DNA of 62,198 bases, the filler included, from Nitrospinota bacterium (GTDB lineage Bacteria; JAUXIQ01): assembly GCA_030620925.1 (NCBI GenBank). It is 9 parts of 9 records of this genome, joined end to end, with 100 filler letters (N's around TTAATTAATTAA, not from the genome) between each part and the next. Parts side by side here need not be neighbours in the genome. Positions count along the whole stretch, not along the records: positions 30,976 to 40,536 come from JAUXIQ010000048.1; positions 40,637 to 46,858 come from JAUXIQ010000130.1; 7 more parts are not named here. The stretch is one strand, 5' to 3'. The first letter of the stretch is position 1, and each line of letters opens with the position of its first letter. The position numbers and the translations under genes are program-made. Shown one piece after another: positions 32,085-41,993 of this stretch. The notes under the pieces are model-generated. The model searched no databases. It was not told the origin of the DNA and worked only from the letters and a program-made list of their open reading frames with translations.

Positions 32085-33167
32085 ATGAGTGAGTTAGCAC
32101 CTCCCCACATACAGACGCTGTTGCCATACGAACCAGGGAAGCCCGAAGAGGAGTTGGAGCGAGAGCTGGGAGTGACCAATCCGGCGAAATTAGCCTCCAA
32201 TGAAAACCCGGTGGGCCCCTCCCCTAAAGCCATGGAAGCCATAAAAGACGCCCTTGTAAAAATGAACAGATACCCCGACGGGGGCGGCTATTACCTGCGC
32301 GAGGCTCTCGCCCGGAAGCATGATGTGGACATGAAAAATATAATCCTGGGGAGCGGGGCCAATGAAATCATAGAGACGATTATCAGGACGTTCCTCACCC
32401 CCCAGGACGAGGCGATAATGGCCTGGCCCGCGTTCTCCATTTTCATGCTGGTCCTGCAAGCCCATAACGTCAAGACCATACGCGTGCCCCTTAAGGACTT
32501 CACCCACGATCTGAAAAGCATGGGCGAGGCGGTTACCGATAGCACAAAAATGATTTTCATCGCCAACCCCAATAATCCCACAGGCACATCGGTGGGGGAA
32601 AAAGAAGCCCTGGAGATGCTCGGCGCAATTCCCGAAAACGTGATGGTGGTGATGGACGAGGCGTACTACGAATTCGTTACCAGGCCCGACTTCCCACGCT
32701 CCATCGACTACGTGATGGAAGGGAAAAACATTTTCGTGCTGCGGACATTTTCAAAGATTTACGGCCTGGCAGGCCTCCGGGTGGGGTACGGAATTGCAAA
32801 AGAAGAGCTTATAACAGACCTCAACAGGGTGCGTGCGCCGTTCAACGTCAACTGTCTGGCACAAGCCGGGGCGCTCGCCTGCCTGGAGGATGACGATCAC
32901 GTCCGCCGATGCCTGGAAGTGAACAACGAGGGGCGGGAATACCTGTATAAGGGTCTGAGTGATCTGGGCCTGGAATACGTGCCCACCGACACCAATTTCA
33001 TCCTGGTAAAAGTTGAAAATTCCCGTGAAATGTTTAACAAACTTTTGCCCCTGGGAGTTATCGTAAGACCCCTCGACGGTTATGAACTGCCTGATTATAT
33101 ACGCCTGGGCATAGGCGTGCAGTGGGAAAACGATAAGTTCCTGGAGGCCATTAAACAATTGATCTGA
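32085..33167 (+). CDS. hisC: Histidinol-phosphate aminotransferase
   Basis: KLASNENP, NPNNPTG, DEAY, RTFSKIYGLAGLRVG. Confidence 0.95.
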   Translation: MSELAPPHIQTLLPYEPGKPEEELERELGVTNPAKLASNENPVGPSPKAMEAIKDALVKMNRYPDGGGYYLREALARKHDVDMKNIILGSGANEIIETIIRTFLTPQDEAIMAWPAFSIFMLVLQAHNVKTIRVPLKDFTHDLKSMGEAVTDSTKMIFIANPNNPTGTSVGEKEALEMLGAIPENVMVVMDEAYYEFVTRPDFPRSIDYVMEGKNIFVLRTFSKIYGLAGLRVGYGIAKEELITDLNRVRAPFNVNCLAQAGALACLEDDDHVRRCLEVNNEGREYLYKGLSDLGLEYVPTDTNFILVKVENSREMFNKLLPLGVIVRPLDGYELPDYIRLGIGVQWENDKFLEAIKQLI

Positions 33168-33206
33168 TGGACCCTTCGCAAAAGCCCGAAAGACGATAGC
33201 GAGATT

Positions 33207-34094
33207 ATGAAACATTTTGACTTTCCGGTAAAAAAAATGACCATCATCGGGGTGGGCCTCATAGGAGGCTCACTGGGGCTCAAGTGCAAGCTGGAGGGGC
33301 TGGCCGAGGAGGTGGTGGGGGTCGGCCGGGGAGTTAAAAACCTGCAAGACGCCCGGGCCCTGGGAGCCATCGATAGCTACACACATAGCGCCGCAGAAGG
33401 GGTGGAAGAGGCACAATTGGTGGTATTGGCCGTTCCCGTCGGTTCATACCGCGATATGGCGGAGGCGGTCAAGCCGCATCTGATGAAAGGCGCCCTGGTA
33501 ACTGACGTGGGCAGTGTCAAAGGATCGGTTGTGGAGATGCTTGAGAAAAGTATGCCTGCCGGGGTCGATTTTGTCGGCGCCCATCCCATCGCAGGAAAAG
33601 AGAAGGCGGGAGCCGCCCATTCAGACCCGGAGCTTTTTGAGGGGGCCAGATGTATCCTTACACCCACCGGCAAAACCGATGAAGGGGCGCTGGCCGCAGT
33701 TACCGCCCTCTGGGAGAAAGTGGGCTCCGAAGTGAGCTGTATGGACCCCTATCAACACGACGTCGTTCTGGCTGCTGTCAGCCATCTGCCCCAGATAACC
33801 GCTTCCTCTCTCAGCAACGCCGTGAAGGACCTCAGCCGCGGAGATTTGGAGATGCTGAAATATTGCGGAGGCGGATTCAGGGATACTACGCGGGTGGCGT
33901 CTTCTCCTCCAGAGATGTGGCGTGATATATGTCTTTATAATAGAGAGGAAGTATTGAACGCGGTAAGGAAATTACAAGAGGTGCTCAAGGAAGCGGAAGC
34001 CAGAATAAAAGAGGGAGACGGAGAAGCTCTGTTGGAGATGTTCCAGAGAGCCAGGGGTTTCAGGGACGGTATATTGAAGATGTCGGAGGAGTAG
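33207..34094 (+). CDS. tyrA: Prephenate/arogenate dehydrogenase
   Basis: GVGLIGGS, DVGSVK, HPIAG, SHLP, GFRDTTR. Confidence 0.93.
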   Translation: MKHFDFPVKKMTIIGVGLIGGSLGLKCKLEGLAEEVVGVGRGVKNLQDARALGAIDSYTHSAAEGVEEAQLVVLAVPVGSYRDMAEAVKPHLMKGALVTDVGSVKGSVVEMLEKSMPAGVDFVGAHPIAGKEKAGAAHSDPELFEGARCILTPTGKTDEGALAAVTALWEKVGSEVSCMDPYQHDVVLAAVSHLPQITASSLSNAVKDLSRGDLEMLKYCGGGFRDTTRVASSPPEMWRDICLYNREEVLNAVRKLQEVLKEAEARIKEGDGEALLEMFQRARGFRDGILKMSEE

Positions 34095-34096
34095 AT

Positions 34097-34795
34097 ATTA
34101 AGGAGAAAAAAATATTAATAACCATAGACGGGCCGGCGGGTGCGGGGAAAAGCACAACGGCCAGGGGGCTGGCCATACACCTGGGCTATAAATATATAGA
34201 CACCGGCGCCATATACAGGGCGGTGGCCTTATGCGCCATGGAAGAGGGTATACCCCTCGGTGATGCAGAAGTAGTTGCCCGATTGTGCGAACGGATTAAT
34301 ATCGATATGCAGTTACATGGCGAGGAGTTCAAAGTGTTTTGCAACGGGAAAGACGTTACCCGGCAAATCAGGGAACCGGAAATGGGGATGCATGCCTCGA
34401 CGGTTTCGTCTCACCCGCAGGTGAGACGTGAGCTTCTGGGCCTTCAGCGGGAACTCGGAGCAGAGAAAGGAGTGGTAGCCGAGGGAAGGGATATAGGAAG
34501 CGTCGTTTTCCCCGATGCAGACGTTAAATTTTATCTCGATGCCTCTCCTGAAGAGCGAGGCAAGAGACGCGGTTTGCAGGACGGAACAGGAGAAGGTAAA
34601 TTAGAGCTTGAGCGGATCGTGAACGACATAAAAAAGAGGGATGAGCAGGACAGCTCACGCGCCGCGTCGCCACTCAAAATACCCGAAGGCGCTCTGGTAA
34701 TCGATAATACTGAGATGGACGCCAAAGAGACCCTCAGCGCAATTTTATCGTTGCTGGAAAAGTGTTTTCCTGCTATTGTTCAACCAGATGTTTAA
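34097..34795 (+). CDS. cmk: Cytidylate kinase (non-canonical ATT or ATA start)
   Basis: In-frame ITIDGPAGAGKST and IDTGAIYR lie upstream of the ORF-track start; EGRDIG, RDEQD. Confidence 0.9.
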   Translation: MKEKKILITIDGPAGAGKSTTARGLAIHLGYKYIDTGAIYRAVALCAMEEGIPLGDAEVVARLCERINIDMQLHGEEFKVFCNGKDVTRQIREPEMGMHASTVSSHPQVRRELLGLQRELGAEKGVVAEGRDIGSVVFPDADVKFYLDASPEERGKRRGLQDGTGEGKLELERIVNDIKKRDEQDSSRAASPLKIPEGALVIDNTEMDAKETLSAILSLLEKCFPAIVQPDV

Positions 34796-34930
34796 AGGAG
34801 ATAATGAGCTATAGATGAGTACTTGAAACTTCCTATGCAGAACCCGGGAGAAAGGGGTTCAATAATATGGTAGAAGGAAGGTCTATTATAAACTTGATAG
34901 AGAAGCAAACTGAGGAGGAAACAACTTACA

Positions 34931-37072
34931 ATGCTCGAGGATAAACCATTGAAAACCACCGAAGATGTGGAAAAAACTGTTGATCAGGAATCACAGGAAT
35001 CAGAAGAACTGATGAAAATGCAAGACGCCGAACAACCCGAAACCCCTCCCGACATAGATGCGGAAGAGGATATGGAGAAGCTCTACGAGGAGAGCCTCAA
35101 GTATATCAAGGAAGGGGAGGTTATCAAAGGCCGCGTGGTGCAGATAGAAAGAGACTCCGCCCTGGTGGATGTCGGATATAAATCCGAGGGATACATTTCC
35201 CTTTATGAGTTTCCTAACAGAGGCCAGGACCTGACCGTTGGTGATGAAGTTGAGGTCTTTTTAGAGAGCAAAGAGGACAGCGAAGGTCTCATCGTCCTCT
35301 CCAAAGAAAAGGCCAACAGGATAAAGCTCTGGGAAGAGATAGAAAGGATTTACAAGGAAGACGGATTGGTGGAAGGAGAGGTCGTGACTCGAATCAAAGG
35401 CGGGCTCACGGTAGACATCGGCCTCAAAGCCTTCCTCCCCGGCTCCCAGGTGGATATACGCCCGGTGCGAAATCTGGATAAGCTCATTGGGCAGAAGTTC
35501 AAGATGAAAATAATCAAGCTGAACCGCAAGCGGGGTAACATTGTCCTCTCCAGGAGGCAGCTCTTAGAGGAAGAGCGGGAGGAAGCCAAGCTGAAAACAC
35601 TGGCTATCCTTGAAGAGGACAAGGTAATGGAAGGGGTAGTCAAAAACATCACCGACTACGGGGCTTTCATCGACCTGGGAGGTATTGACGGCCTTCTTCA
35701 TATAACCGACATGACCTGGGGCAGGATAAACCATCCTTCTGAGGTTTTCGCCATCGGAGACGAAGTGCAGGTAATCGTGCTAAAGTACGACCCCGAAACA
35801 GAGAGGGTTTCGCTGGGCCGTAAACAGATAACGCCGGACCCCTGGGAGAGTGTGGAAGACAAGTTCCCCGTCAGCTCCAAGGTTAAAGGGAAGGTGGTGA
35901 GCCTGGCCGATTACGGGGCTTTCGTGGAACTGGAAGAGGGAGTGGAAGGCCTGGTTCACGTTTCCGAAATGTCCTGGACCAAGAGAATCCGTCGGCCCTC
36001 AAGAGTGGTGAGCGTGGGCGATGAAGTAGAGGTAGTGGTACTCAACATCGATAAAGAGCGTAAACGCATCTCTCTGGGTATGAAGCAGGTCGAGCCCAAC
36101 CCCTGGTCGCTGGTGGATGAGAAGTACCCTGTAGGCGGCGATGTGGAGGGCAAGGTGCGAAACCTCACCGACTTCGGAGCGTTCGTTACCCTCGAGGATG
36201 GCATTGACGGTCTCATCCATATCTCCGATCTCTCCTGGAGTCATCGCATTTCACATCCATCGGAAATACTTAATAAGGGCGAGTTGGTCAGGGCCAAGGT
36301 ATTGAATGTGGATAAAGAGGCCGAGCGTTTGTCTCTCGGGCTCAAGCAGCTTTCCGAAGACCCCTGGACCCACGCCGAAGAAATCTATAAGGTTGGCGAG
36401 AACAGGCGATGCCGTGTGGTGAAGCTCACCAACTTCGGTGCTTTCGCTGAATTGGAGGAGGGGGTGGAGGGTCTCATTCACGTTTCCGAATTGAGTAATG
36501 AGCGGGTGGAAGACCCCTCACAAGTGCTTGGCGTCGATGATCAGGTGATGTGTAAAATTATAAAGATCGACGCGAATAACAAAAAGATAGGGCTGAGCAT
36601 CAAGGCATATATAGAGGAAGCCGAGATGCTGGGCCTCGAAGAGCCTCTCATAATCAAGGCGGAGAAGAAGGAAGAAGTTGTAGAGGAAGCATCGCCCGAG
36701 GAAGCGATAGTTTCTGAAGGACCGCCGGCAGAGGACGCGCCTGTGGAAATGGGAACTGCCGAAGAAGCGTCAGCCGAAGAAGCACCTGAAGAAATTGCAC
36801 CAGTTGAAACGGAACCCGAAGAAGCAGTTGAAGAAGTGACTGAAGAAGTTGTGCTAGTTGAAACGGAACCCGAAGAAGCAGTTGAAGAAGCACCAGAAGA
36901 AATTGCACCTGTGGAACCGGAACCTATAGAAGCACTTGAAGAAGCGAGTGCGGAAGCGGTAGAAGAAGAATCGGTGCCGGAAGCTGAGCAGGAGAAGACG
37001 GAGTCCGCCGGCGAGCCTGAGGAAGAAGAGGCCTCTGAATCAGAAGATGTTGAAGAAGAGGAAACCAGCTGA
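34931..37072 (+). CDS. rpsA: 30S ribosomal protein S1 with long acidic C-terminal tail
   Basis: Six S1 repeats (DYGAFIDLGGIDGLLHI etc.). Confidence 0.96.
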   Translation: MLEDKPLKTTEDVEKTVDQESQESEELMKMQDAEQPETPPDIDAEEDMEKLYEESLKYIKEGEVIKGRVVQIERDSALVDVGYKSEGYISLYEFPNRGQDLTVGDEVEVFLESKEDSEGLIVLSKEKANRIKLWEEIERIYKEDGLVEGEVVTRIKGGLTVDIGLKAFLPGSQVDIRPVRNLDKLIGQKFKMKIIKLNRKRGNIVLSRRQLLEEEREEAKLKTLAILEEDKVMEGVVKNITDYGAFIDLGGIDGLLHITDMTWGRINHPSEVFAIGDEVQVIVLKYDPETERVSLGRKQITPDPWESVEDKFPVSSKVKGKVVSLADYGAFVELEEGVEGLVHVSEMSWTKRIRRPSRVVSVGDEVEVVVLNIDKERKRISLGMKQVEPNPWSLVDEKYPVGGDVEGKVRNLTDFGAFVTLEDGIDGLIHISDLSWSHRISHPSEILNKGELVRAKVLNVDKEAERLSLGLKQLSEDPWTHAEEIYKVGENRRCRVVKLTNFGAFAELEEGVEGLIHVSELSNERVEDPSQVLGVDDQVMCKIIKIDANNKKIGLSIKAYIEEAEMLGLEEPLIIKAEKKEEVVEEASPEEAIVSEGPPAEDAPVEMGTAEEASAEEAPEEIAPVETEPEEAVEEVTEEVVLVETEPEEAVEEAPEEIAPVEPEPIEALEEASAEAVEEESVPEAEQEKTESAGEPEEEEASESEDVEEEETS
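36776..36937 (+). repeat. 54-bp (18-aa) coding tandem repeat x3 in the S1 tail
   Basis: EEAPEEIAPVETEPEEAV / EEVTEEVVLVETEPEEAV / EEAPEEIAPVEPEPIEAL. Confidence 0.8.
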
Positions 37073-37148
37073 AGCCTTTTGTAACTCCCCCGAAAGAAGA
37101 ATCTATCCTCTGAAATTGTGTATATGAAAGAGTTAAAGGTCTTAAGCT

Positions 37149-38012
37149 ATGAATAGATTCATGCGTTGGGCCATGATATTTATCTTAGGGTCGGTACTCT
37201 TTTATGCGATCGGTGCTTTACATTCCGTAAACGCAAAAGCCGGTGGGAACAGAATAGCGGTTATTAAAATTGATGGTGCGATATTTGATTCGGAAGAGAC
37301 CATCAGGCAGATTCGAAGGTATACCGGTCACAAAGATACGGTCGCTCTCATCCTTCGGATAAACAGCCCCGGCGGAGCAGTGGCCCCCACACAGGAAATT
37401 TACCAGGAAGTCCTCAAGCAGCGCGAGGGTGGAATAGTGGTTGTGACCTCCATGGGAAGCGTTGCAGCGTCAGGGGGCTATTACATTGCATCCGCATCGG
37501 ATTATATTGTGGCTAATCCGGGAACGATCACCGGAAGTATCGGAGTGATTATGGCTTTTCCCAACGTGGAGAAGTTAATGGAGAAAGTGGGAATAGGCGC
37601 CGAGGTGGTTAAGAGCGGGAAATTTAAGGATATGGGCTCTCCCATGAAGCACCTTAGCGATGAGGAACGAAAATTTTTACAGGCTCTCATAGATGATGTC
37701 TACCAACAGTTTTTAGATGCGGTGGCTGAAGGCAGAGGACTGGACAAGAAAGAATTGAAGGCGATAGCTAACGGCGGCATCTATTCCGGAAGGCAGGCCC
37801 TCGGACTGGGGCTGGTGGATCGCCTTGGAAACCTGGATGATGCCATCGAAGAGGCCGCTAAACTGGCTGAAATAGATGGTGAACCCAAGGTGATCATGGG
37901 GCGCACGCCCCGGGGTTTATGGTACAGGTTTTTCCGTGGAAGCTACGTGGAGGAGCTTAAAGATAAGATTGGGGGATTGTATCCCAGCCTTCAATATATT
38001 TGGGGATACTGA
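37149..38012 (+). CDS. sppA: Signal peptide peptidase (S49)
   Basis: INSPGG, AASGGYY, TGSIGV, KSGKFKD. Confidence 0.94.
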   Translation: MNRFMRWAMIFILGSVLFYAIGALHSVNAKAGGNRIAVIKIDGAIFDSEETIRQIRRYTGHKDTVALILRINSPGGAVAPTQEIYQEVLKQREGGIVVVTSMGSVAASGGYYIASASDYIVANPGTITGSIGVIMAFPNVEKLMEKVGIGAEVVKSGKFKDMGSPMKHLSDEERKFLQALIDDVYQQFLDAVAEGRGLDKKELKAIANGGIYSGRQALGLGLVDRLGNLDDAIEEAAKLAEIDGEPKVIMGRTPRGLWYRFFRGSYVEELKDKIGGLYPSLQYIWGY

Positions 38013-38076
38013 TCCTGAGACAATAAGAGCCTGCGAGCTTAGATATGATTAACATCTATTCTTAGAGGAGGTCTTC

Positions 38077-38352
38077 ATGACAAAAGCGGAACTTGTGGAA
38101 AAAGTATCTGAAAAAATTAACCTTGCCAAAAAAGATACTGAAGTCATCGTTAATACAGTCTTCAATAGCATTACTGATGCCCTTAGCAAGGGAGACAAGG
38201 TGGAGCTGCGGGGTTTTGGAAGCTTTCGGCTGCGCAAAAGGAATTCCAGAGAAGGGAGAAATCCCAAGACTGGCGCCACCGTCGTCATTCCTGCCAAGAG
38301 AATTCCCTTTTTCAAGCCCGGTAAAGACCTCAGGGAAACGGTGGACAACTAA
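38077..38352 (+). CDS. ihfB: IHF-beta/HU family DNA-binding protein
   Basis: MTKAELV, VELRGFGSF, GRNPKTG, PFFKPGK; position after rpsA-sppA. Confidence 0.85.
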   Translation: MTKAELVEKVSEKINLAKKDTEVIVNTVFNSITDALSKGDKVELRGFGSFRLRKRNSREGRNPKTGATVVIPAKRIPFFKPGKDLRETVDN

Positions 38353-38389
38353 CCCGGGGTTAGTCATTAATTTCCGGGGTGATTTTTTT
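38353..38389 (+). terminator. Possible intrinsic terminator
   Basis: Imperfect stem CCCGGGGTTAG / TTAATTTCCGGG followed by T7. Confidence 0.45.
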
Positions 38390-38441
38390 GATGCTCCCTT
38401 CAATTGTTAAATGTGCGATTTTATAAGTAGAGGGAGCCAGG

Positions 38442-38984
38442 ATGCGCTATATTTGCGGACAACTTGAAGTCCTCCTCTCCGAGGGCGACGTAACGGAGAT
38501 GGATTGCGACGCCATAGTAAACGCAGCCAACAATCACCTCTGGATGGGAGCCGGAGTTGCAGGGGCCATAAAGAAGAAAGGTGGGAAAGTTATAGAGGAA
38601 GAAGCGGTGAAAAAGGGGCCTATCCCCGTGGGTGAAGCCGTAGTCACCACGGGTGGAGCCCTAAGGGCCGAATATGTCATTCACGCCGCAGGAATGGGGC
38701 AAGACCTTTCCACCGATACGCAGAAGATTTACCATTGCACGCTAAACAGCCTGAAACGCGCCCGGGAGTTGGGGCTTAAATCTATAGCTTTTCCCGCCAT
38801 AGGGACCGGCGTCGGAGGGTTCCCCTTGGAAGAAGCCGCTGGCTCTATGCTGACCGCCGTGGTAGACCACGCCGCTGCAGGAGCGGATTCCCCCCAAACA
38901 GTCCATTTCGTTCTTTTCCAGCAGAGCATTTACCAGGCCTTCCAGGAAGCTGCGGATAAACTCCTCACCCGGCAGGATAAATGA
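38442..38984 (+). CDS. Macro domain protein (ADP-ribose hydrolase-like)
   Basis: GDVT, AIVNAAN, GAGVAGAI, AFPAIGTG. Confidence 0.93.
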   Translation: MRYICGQLEVLLSEGDVTEMDCDAIVNAANNHLWMGAGVAGAIKKKGGKVIEEEAVKKGPIPVGEAVVTTGGALRAEYVIHAAGMGQDLSTDTQKIYHCTLNSLKRARELGLKSIAFPAIGTGVGGFPLEEAAGSMLTAVVDHAAAGADSPQTVHFVLFQQSIYQAFQEAADKLLTRQDK

Positions 38985-39931
38985 GAAATAGTGAGGATAT
39001 CCTACTGGCGATCCTGGGTCCCACTGCTGTAGGGAAGACGACCGTCTCGCTGAAAGTGGCCCGGTTGACGAAGGGTGAGATTATCAGCGCCGACTCCATG
39101 CTTGTTTACAAACACATGGATGTCGGTACCGCCAAGCCTTCTCTGGAGGAGAGGAACGGCATCAAGCATCATCTCATCGATGTTCTGAACCCGGACCAAT
39201 ATTACAGCGCCGCCGACTATGGGCGGGCCGCTGGAAAAGCCATCCAGGACGTTTTGTCGGGCGGGAAGCAGCCGATAATGGTGGGTGGAAGCGGTCTTTA
39301 TATCAGGGCGGCTATAGAAGGCATATTCGAAGGGCCTTCCGCGGACAGGGAGTTGAGGAGTGAGCTGGAAGCGGAAGCCGAGGAGAAGGGGAGTCAGTTC
39401 CTGCATGAGACCCTGGCCGAAGTGGACCCCGCAGCGGCCTCTCAAATCAATCCCAACGACCTGCGGAGGATTATTCGAGCCCTTGAGGTTTATCGACTGA
39501 CGGGCAAACGCATCTCCGCCTTTTTCGCACAGCAAGATGCAGGGGATAAGCCGTTTAAACCCCTCATATTCGGGCTCACCAGAGACAAGGAAGAGTTGCA
39601 CCAACGCATCCATCGGCGTATAGAAGATATGATGGAGAAGGGTTGGCTCCAGGAGGTGGAAAACCTGCTGGCTGGAGGATACTCAGCACAGCTGGTTCCC
39701 ATGCAGAGCTTCGGTTACAGACATCTCACCGATTGCCTCAAGGGCAAAATAGAGCTGCAAGACGCCGTGGAACTCATTAAACGCGACACTCGAAAATTCG
39801 CCAAAAGGCAGATGACCTGGTTCAGGGCAATGAAAGGGGTGCGCTGGATAAACCTCTCCGACCTCCCGGGAGGGGAAGAGAGCGCAGCCTGTATAATTAT
39901 CGACGGGTTGGAAAATTGCAAAAACAAATAG
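38981..39931 (+). CDS. miaA: tRNA dimethylallyltransferase
   Basis: GPTAVGKT, ADSM, GTAKP, VGGSGLY, AKRQMTWF. Confidence 0.96.
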   Translation: MRNSEDILLAILGPTAVGKTTVSLKVARLTKGEIISADSMLVYKHMDVGTAKPSLEERNGIKHHLIDVLNPDQYYSAADYGRAAGKAIQDVLSGGKQPIMVGGSGLYIRAAIEGIFEGPSADRELRSELEAEAEEKGSQFLHETLAEVDPAAASQINPNDLRRIIRALEVYRLTGKRISAFFAQQDAGDKPFKPLIFGLTRDKEELHQRIHRRIEDMMEKGWLQEVENLLAGGYSAQLVPMQSFGYRHLTDCLKGKIELQDAVELIKRDTRKFAKRQMTWFRAMKGVRWINLSDLPGGEESAACIIIDGLENCKNK

Positions 39932-40536
39932 AAACCCGAGGTAGAGAAAAAGCCTTGCTGGTAGGGATCAAGCTCAGCAGCCAACGCATTGAGGAGGCCG
40001 AGGAATCGATAGATGAGCTATGCAAACTTACTGAGACCGCCGGTATCAGAGTGGCCCGCAAGACCATTCAGCAGATTCAGAAACCCAACAGCCGGATTCT
40101 CATAGGCAAGGGCAAAGTGGTGGAGATACATGAGCTTTGCCAGGATGAAAAGATGGACCTGGTGATCTTCGACGAAGAGCTTACCCCCGCTCAACAGAGG
40201 AGCCTGCAGGAAGAAATGAGTCTCCAGGTAATCGACAGAGCACAGCTCATCCTGGAGATTTTCGCCAAGAGGGCCAGAAGCAGCGAAGGGAAGCTCCAGG
40301 TCGATCTGGCGCAGTTGAAATATATGCTTACCCACCTTGTGGGCAGGGGTATCACCATGTCGCGCCTGGGAGGGGGGATAGGCACCAGGGGGCCGGGAGA
40401 AACGCAGCTCGAAGTGGATCGGCGGAAAGTCCACCGCAGGATATATAAACTTGAGAGAGAGCTTGAGGCGGTAAAGAACAGAAGACGCGTACAGCGGACG
40501 GGGAGGAGGTCTCTACAGCTTCCCTCGGTGGCCATG
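39916..40536 (+). CDS. hflX: GTPase HflX, 3'-truncated
   Basis: EGKLQV, GGIGTRGPGETQLEVDRR. Confidence 0.95.
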
Positions 40537-40636
40537 NNNNNNNNNNNNNNNNNNNNNNNNNNNNNNNNNNNNNNNNNNNNTTAATTAATTAANNNNNNNN
40601 NNNNNNNNNNNNNNNNNNNNNNNNNNNNNNNNNNNN
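40537..40636. other. Artificial contig linker
   Basis: N44-TTAATTAATTAA-N44. Confidence 0.99.
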
Positions 40637-40811
40637 AAAGTAGGGCCGCATCAAACTACTATCAGCTGTTAAACAGTCACTTATCCTTACTGATAATAGT
40701 TAGAGGCTCCATCGCCGCGGGGAAGTAAACCAACTTTTAGGAAAATCTTCTCTGCTAATTCGCCTGCCGGATGGTTATCTGATCCCAGGGTTCGATTTTT
40801 TATTGAGAATA

Positions 40812-40837
40812 GGAGCCCCCGCGTTGAGCGGGGCTCC
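40812..40837 (-). terminator. GC-rich hairpin downstream of the RidA-family gene
   Basis: GGAGCCCC(C)GC-GTTGA-GCGGGGCTCC. Confidence 0.55.
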
Positions 40838-40941
40838 ATCGGGGAGGTAGACACAGGCAAGCAAGCGTCCTTATTTATCCCGCAGAGTCTAGTCAAACGC
40901 AAGGTGGAGGGTTTTTCCTTTTCGTCTCACGTTGAGCAGGT

Positions 40942-41340
40942 TCAGGGTATGACGGCGATTGCGTTGATCTCCACCAGAAGGTCCGGGGACACGAGCGATT
41001 GAATACCTATCGCCGTGCTGGCTGGGAAGTCTCCCCCGAAAAACTCTCGCCGCACCTCGTTCATGGCCTGGTAGTCACTCATATCGGTAAGGAACACGGT
41101 GATACTTGCGATGTCTTTGATGCTCCCCCCGGCGGCCTCTACGGTGGCCTGGATGTTCTCCAGGGTCTTCAGTGTCTGGGCTTTCACGTCTCCCTTGCCC
41201 ACCACCTCCATGTCGTTGTCGAGAGCCGCCATACCCGACACGAAAAGGAGGCGGCCCGGCTCCGCTATCGTTGCCAGAGAAAACGGGCCGATTTTTTGTG
41301 GATCGAATAGAGCCTCGGGGTTGAGCCGTTCAATTGCCAT
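40942..41340 (-). CDS. RidA (YjgF/YER057c/UK114) family protein
   Basis: LFVSG, MNEVR, PAST, LVEINAIA. Confidence 0.9.
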   Translation of the reverse strand: MAIERLNPEALFDPQKIGPFSLATIAEPGRLLFVSGMAALDNDMEVVGKGDVKAQTLKTLENIQATVEAAGGSIKDIASITVFLTDMSDYQAMNEVRREFFGGDFPASTAIGIQSLVSPDLLVEINAIAVIP

Positions 41341-41384
41341 TTCTTATCCTCCATTCTTCTTTTGTTCTTCCCTCATGATGCCCG

Positions 41385-41993
41385 TTAGTGCTTGATGTCG
41401 TCTGTGCGGTGGATCATCCTATTGTCCTGGTCGACTGTCCATTCGTCGATTGTTGCATCGTGGTCAATATTGCCTATAGCCCTGGCCAGGAAGGTCGTGG
41501 ATGAGTATGAGAGACTGTACGTATATCTCGTCAAGCCCGATGGCATGGCCCAGCCTATACTAGCAAGTTTGCCATACCTGTTATTTTCAGCATAATAAGC
41601 CATTTCGAAAGCCTTGATGTGTAGCAACTCTAGTTTGACCTCTGAGAAAATGGCTTTTTTATTATAATTCATAAAGTTTGGAATGACAATATTAGGTATG
41701 ATTCCAAACAATAAGAAAAGAAAACCAGCCAGCCCCGCCCACGACCATATCTTTTGAACACGCTTAAAATGTTCTATACTCTTCCATCGCTTGTTCTGCC
41801 ATGCCCATTTGTTGCCTTTTGCACTCAACACAAAGACCATTACAACCCCGACAATAGGTATTAAGCAAAGCAAAGCTATGTATGTTCTATTACCCAATCC
41901 CCAAATTGCATTCAGGAAGAAAGCTCCCCAATTCCATTTTCTTATTTCGTCCGGGATTACTGCCGATTTCCCCTGTCCAGAGGTGTTTTCCAT
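41385..41993 (-). CDS. DUF2628-like membrane domain fused to a type IV pilin-like head
   Basis: WNWGAFF...GNKWAW N-terminal domain; IPNFMNYNKKA..SE..L..I...E.AYYAE...Y, GNID.D..D.W C-terminal domain. Confidence 0.72.
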   Translation of the reverse strand: MENTSGQGKSAVIPDEIRKWNWGAFFLNAIWGLGNRTYIALLCLIPIVGVVMVFVLSAKGNKWAWQNKRWKSIEHFKRVQKIWSWAGLAGFLFLLFGIIPNIVIPNFMNYNKKAIFSEVKLELLHIKAFEMAYYAENNRYGKLASIGWAMPSGLTRYTYSLSYSSTTFLARAIGNIDHDATIDEWTVDQDNRMIHRTDDIKH

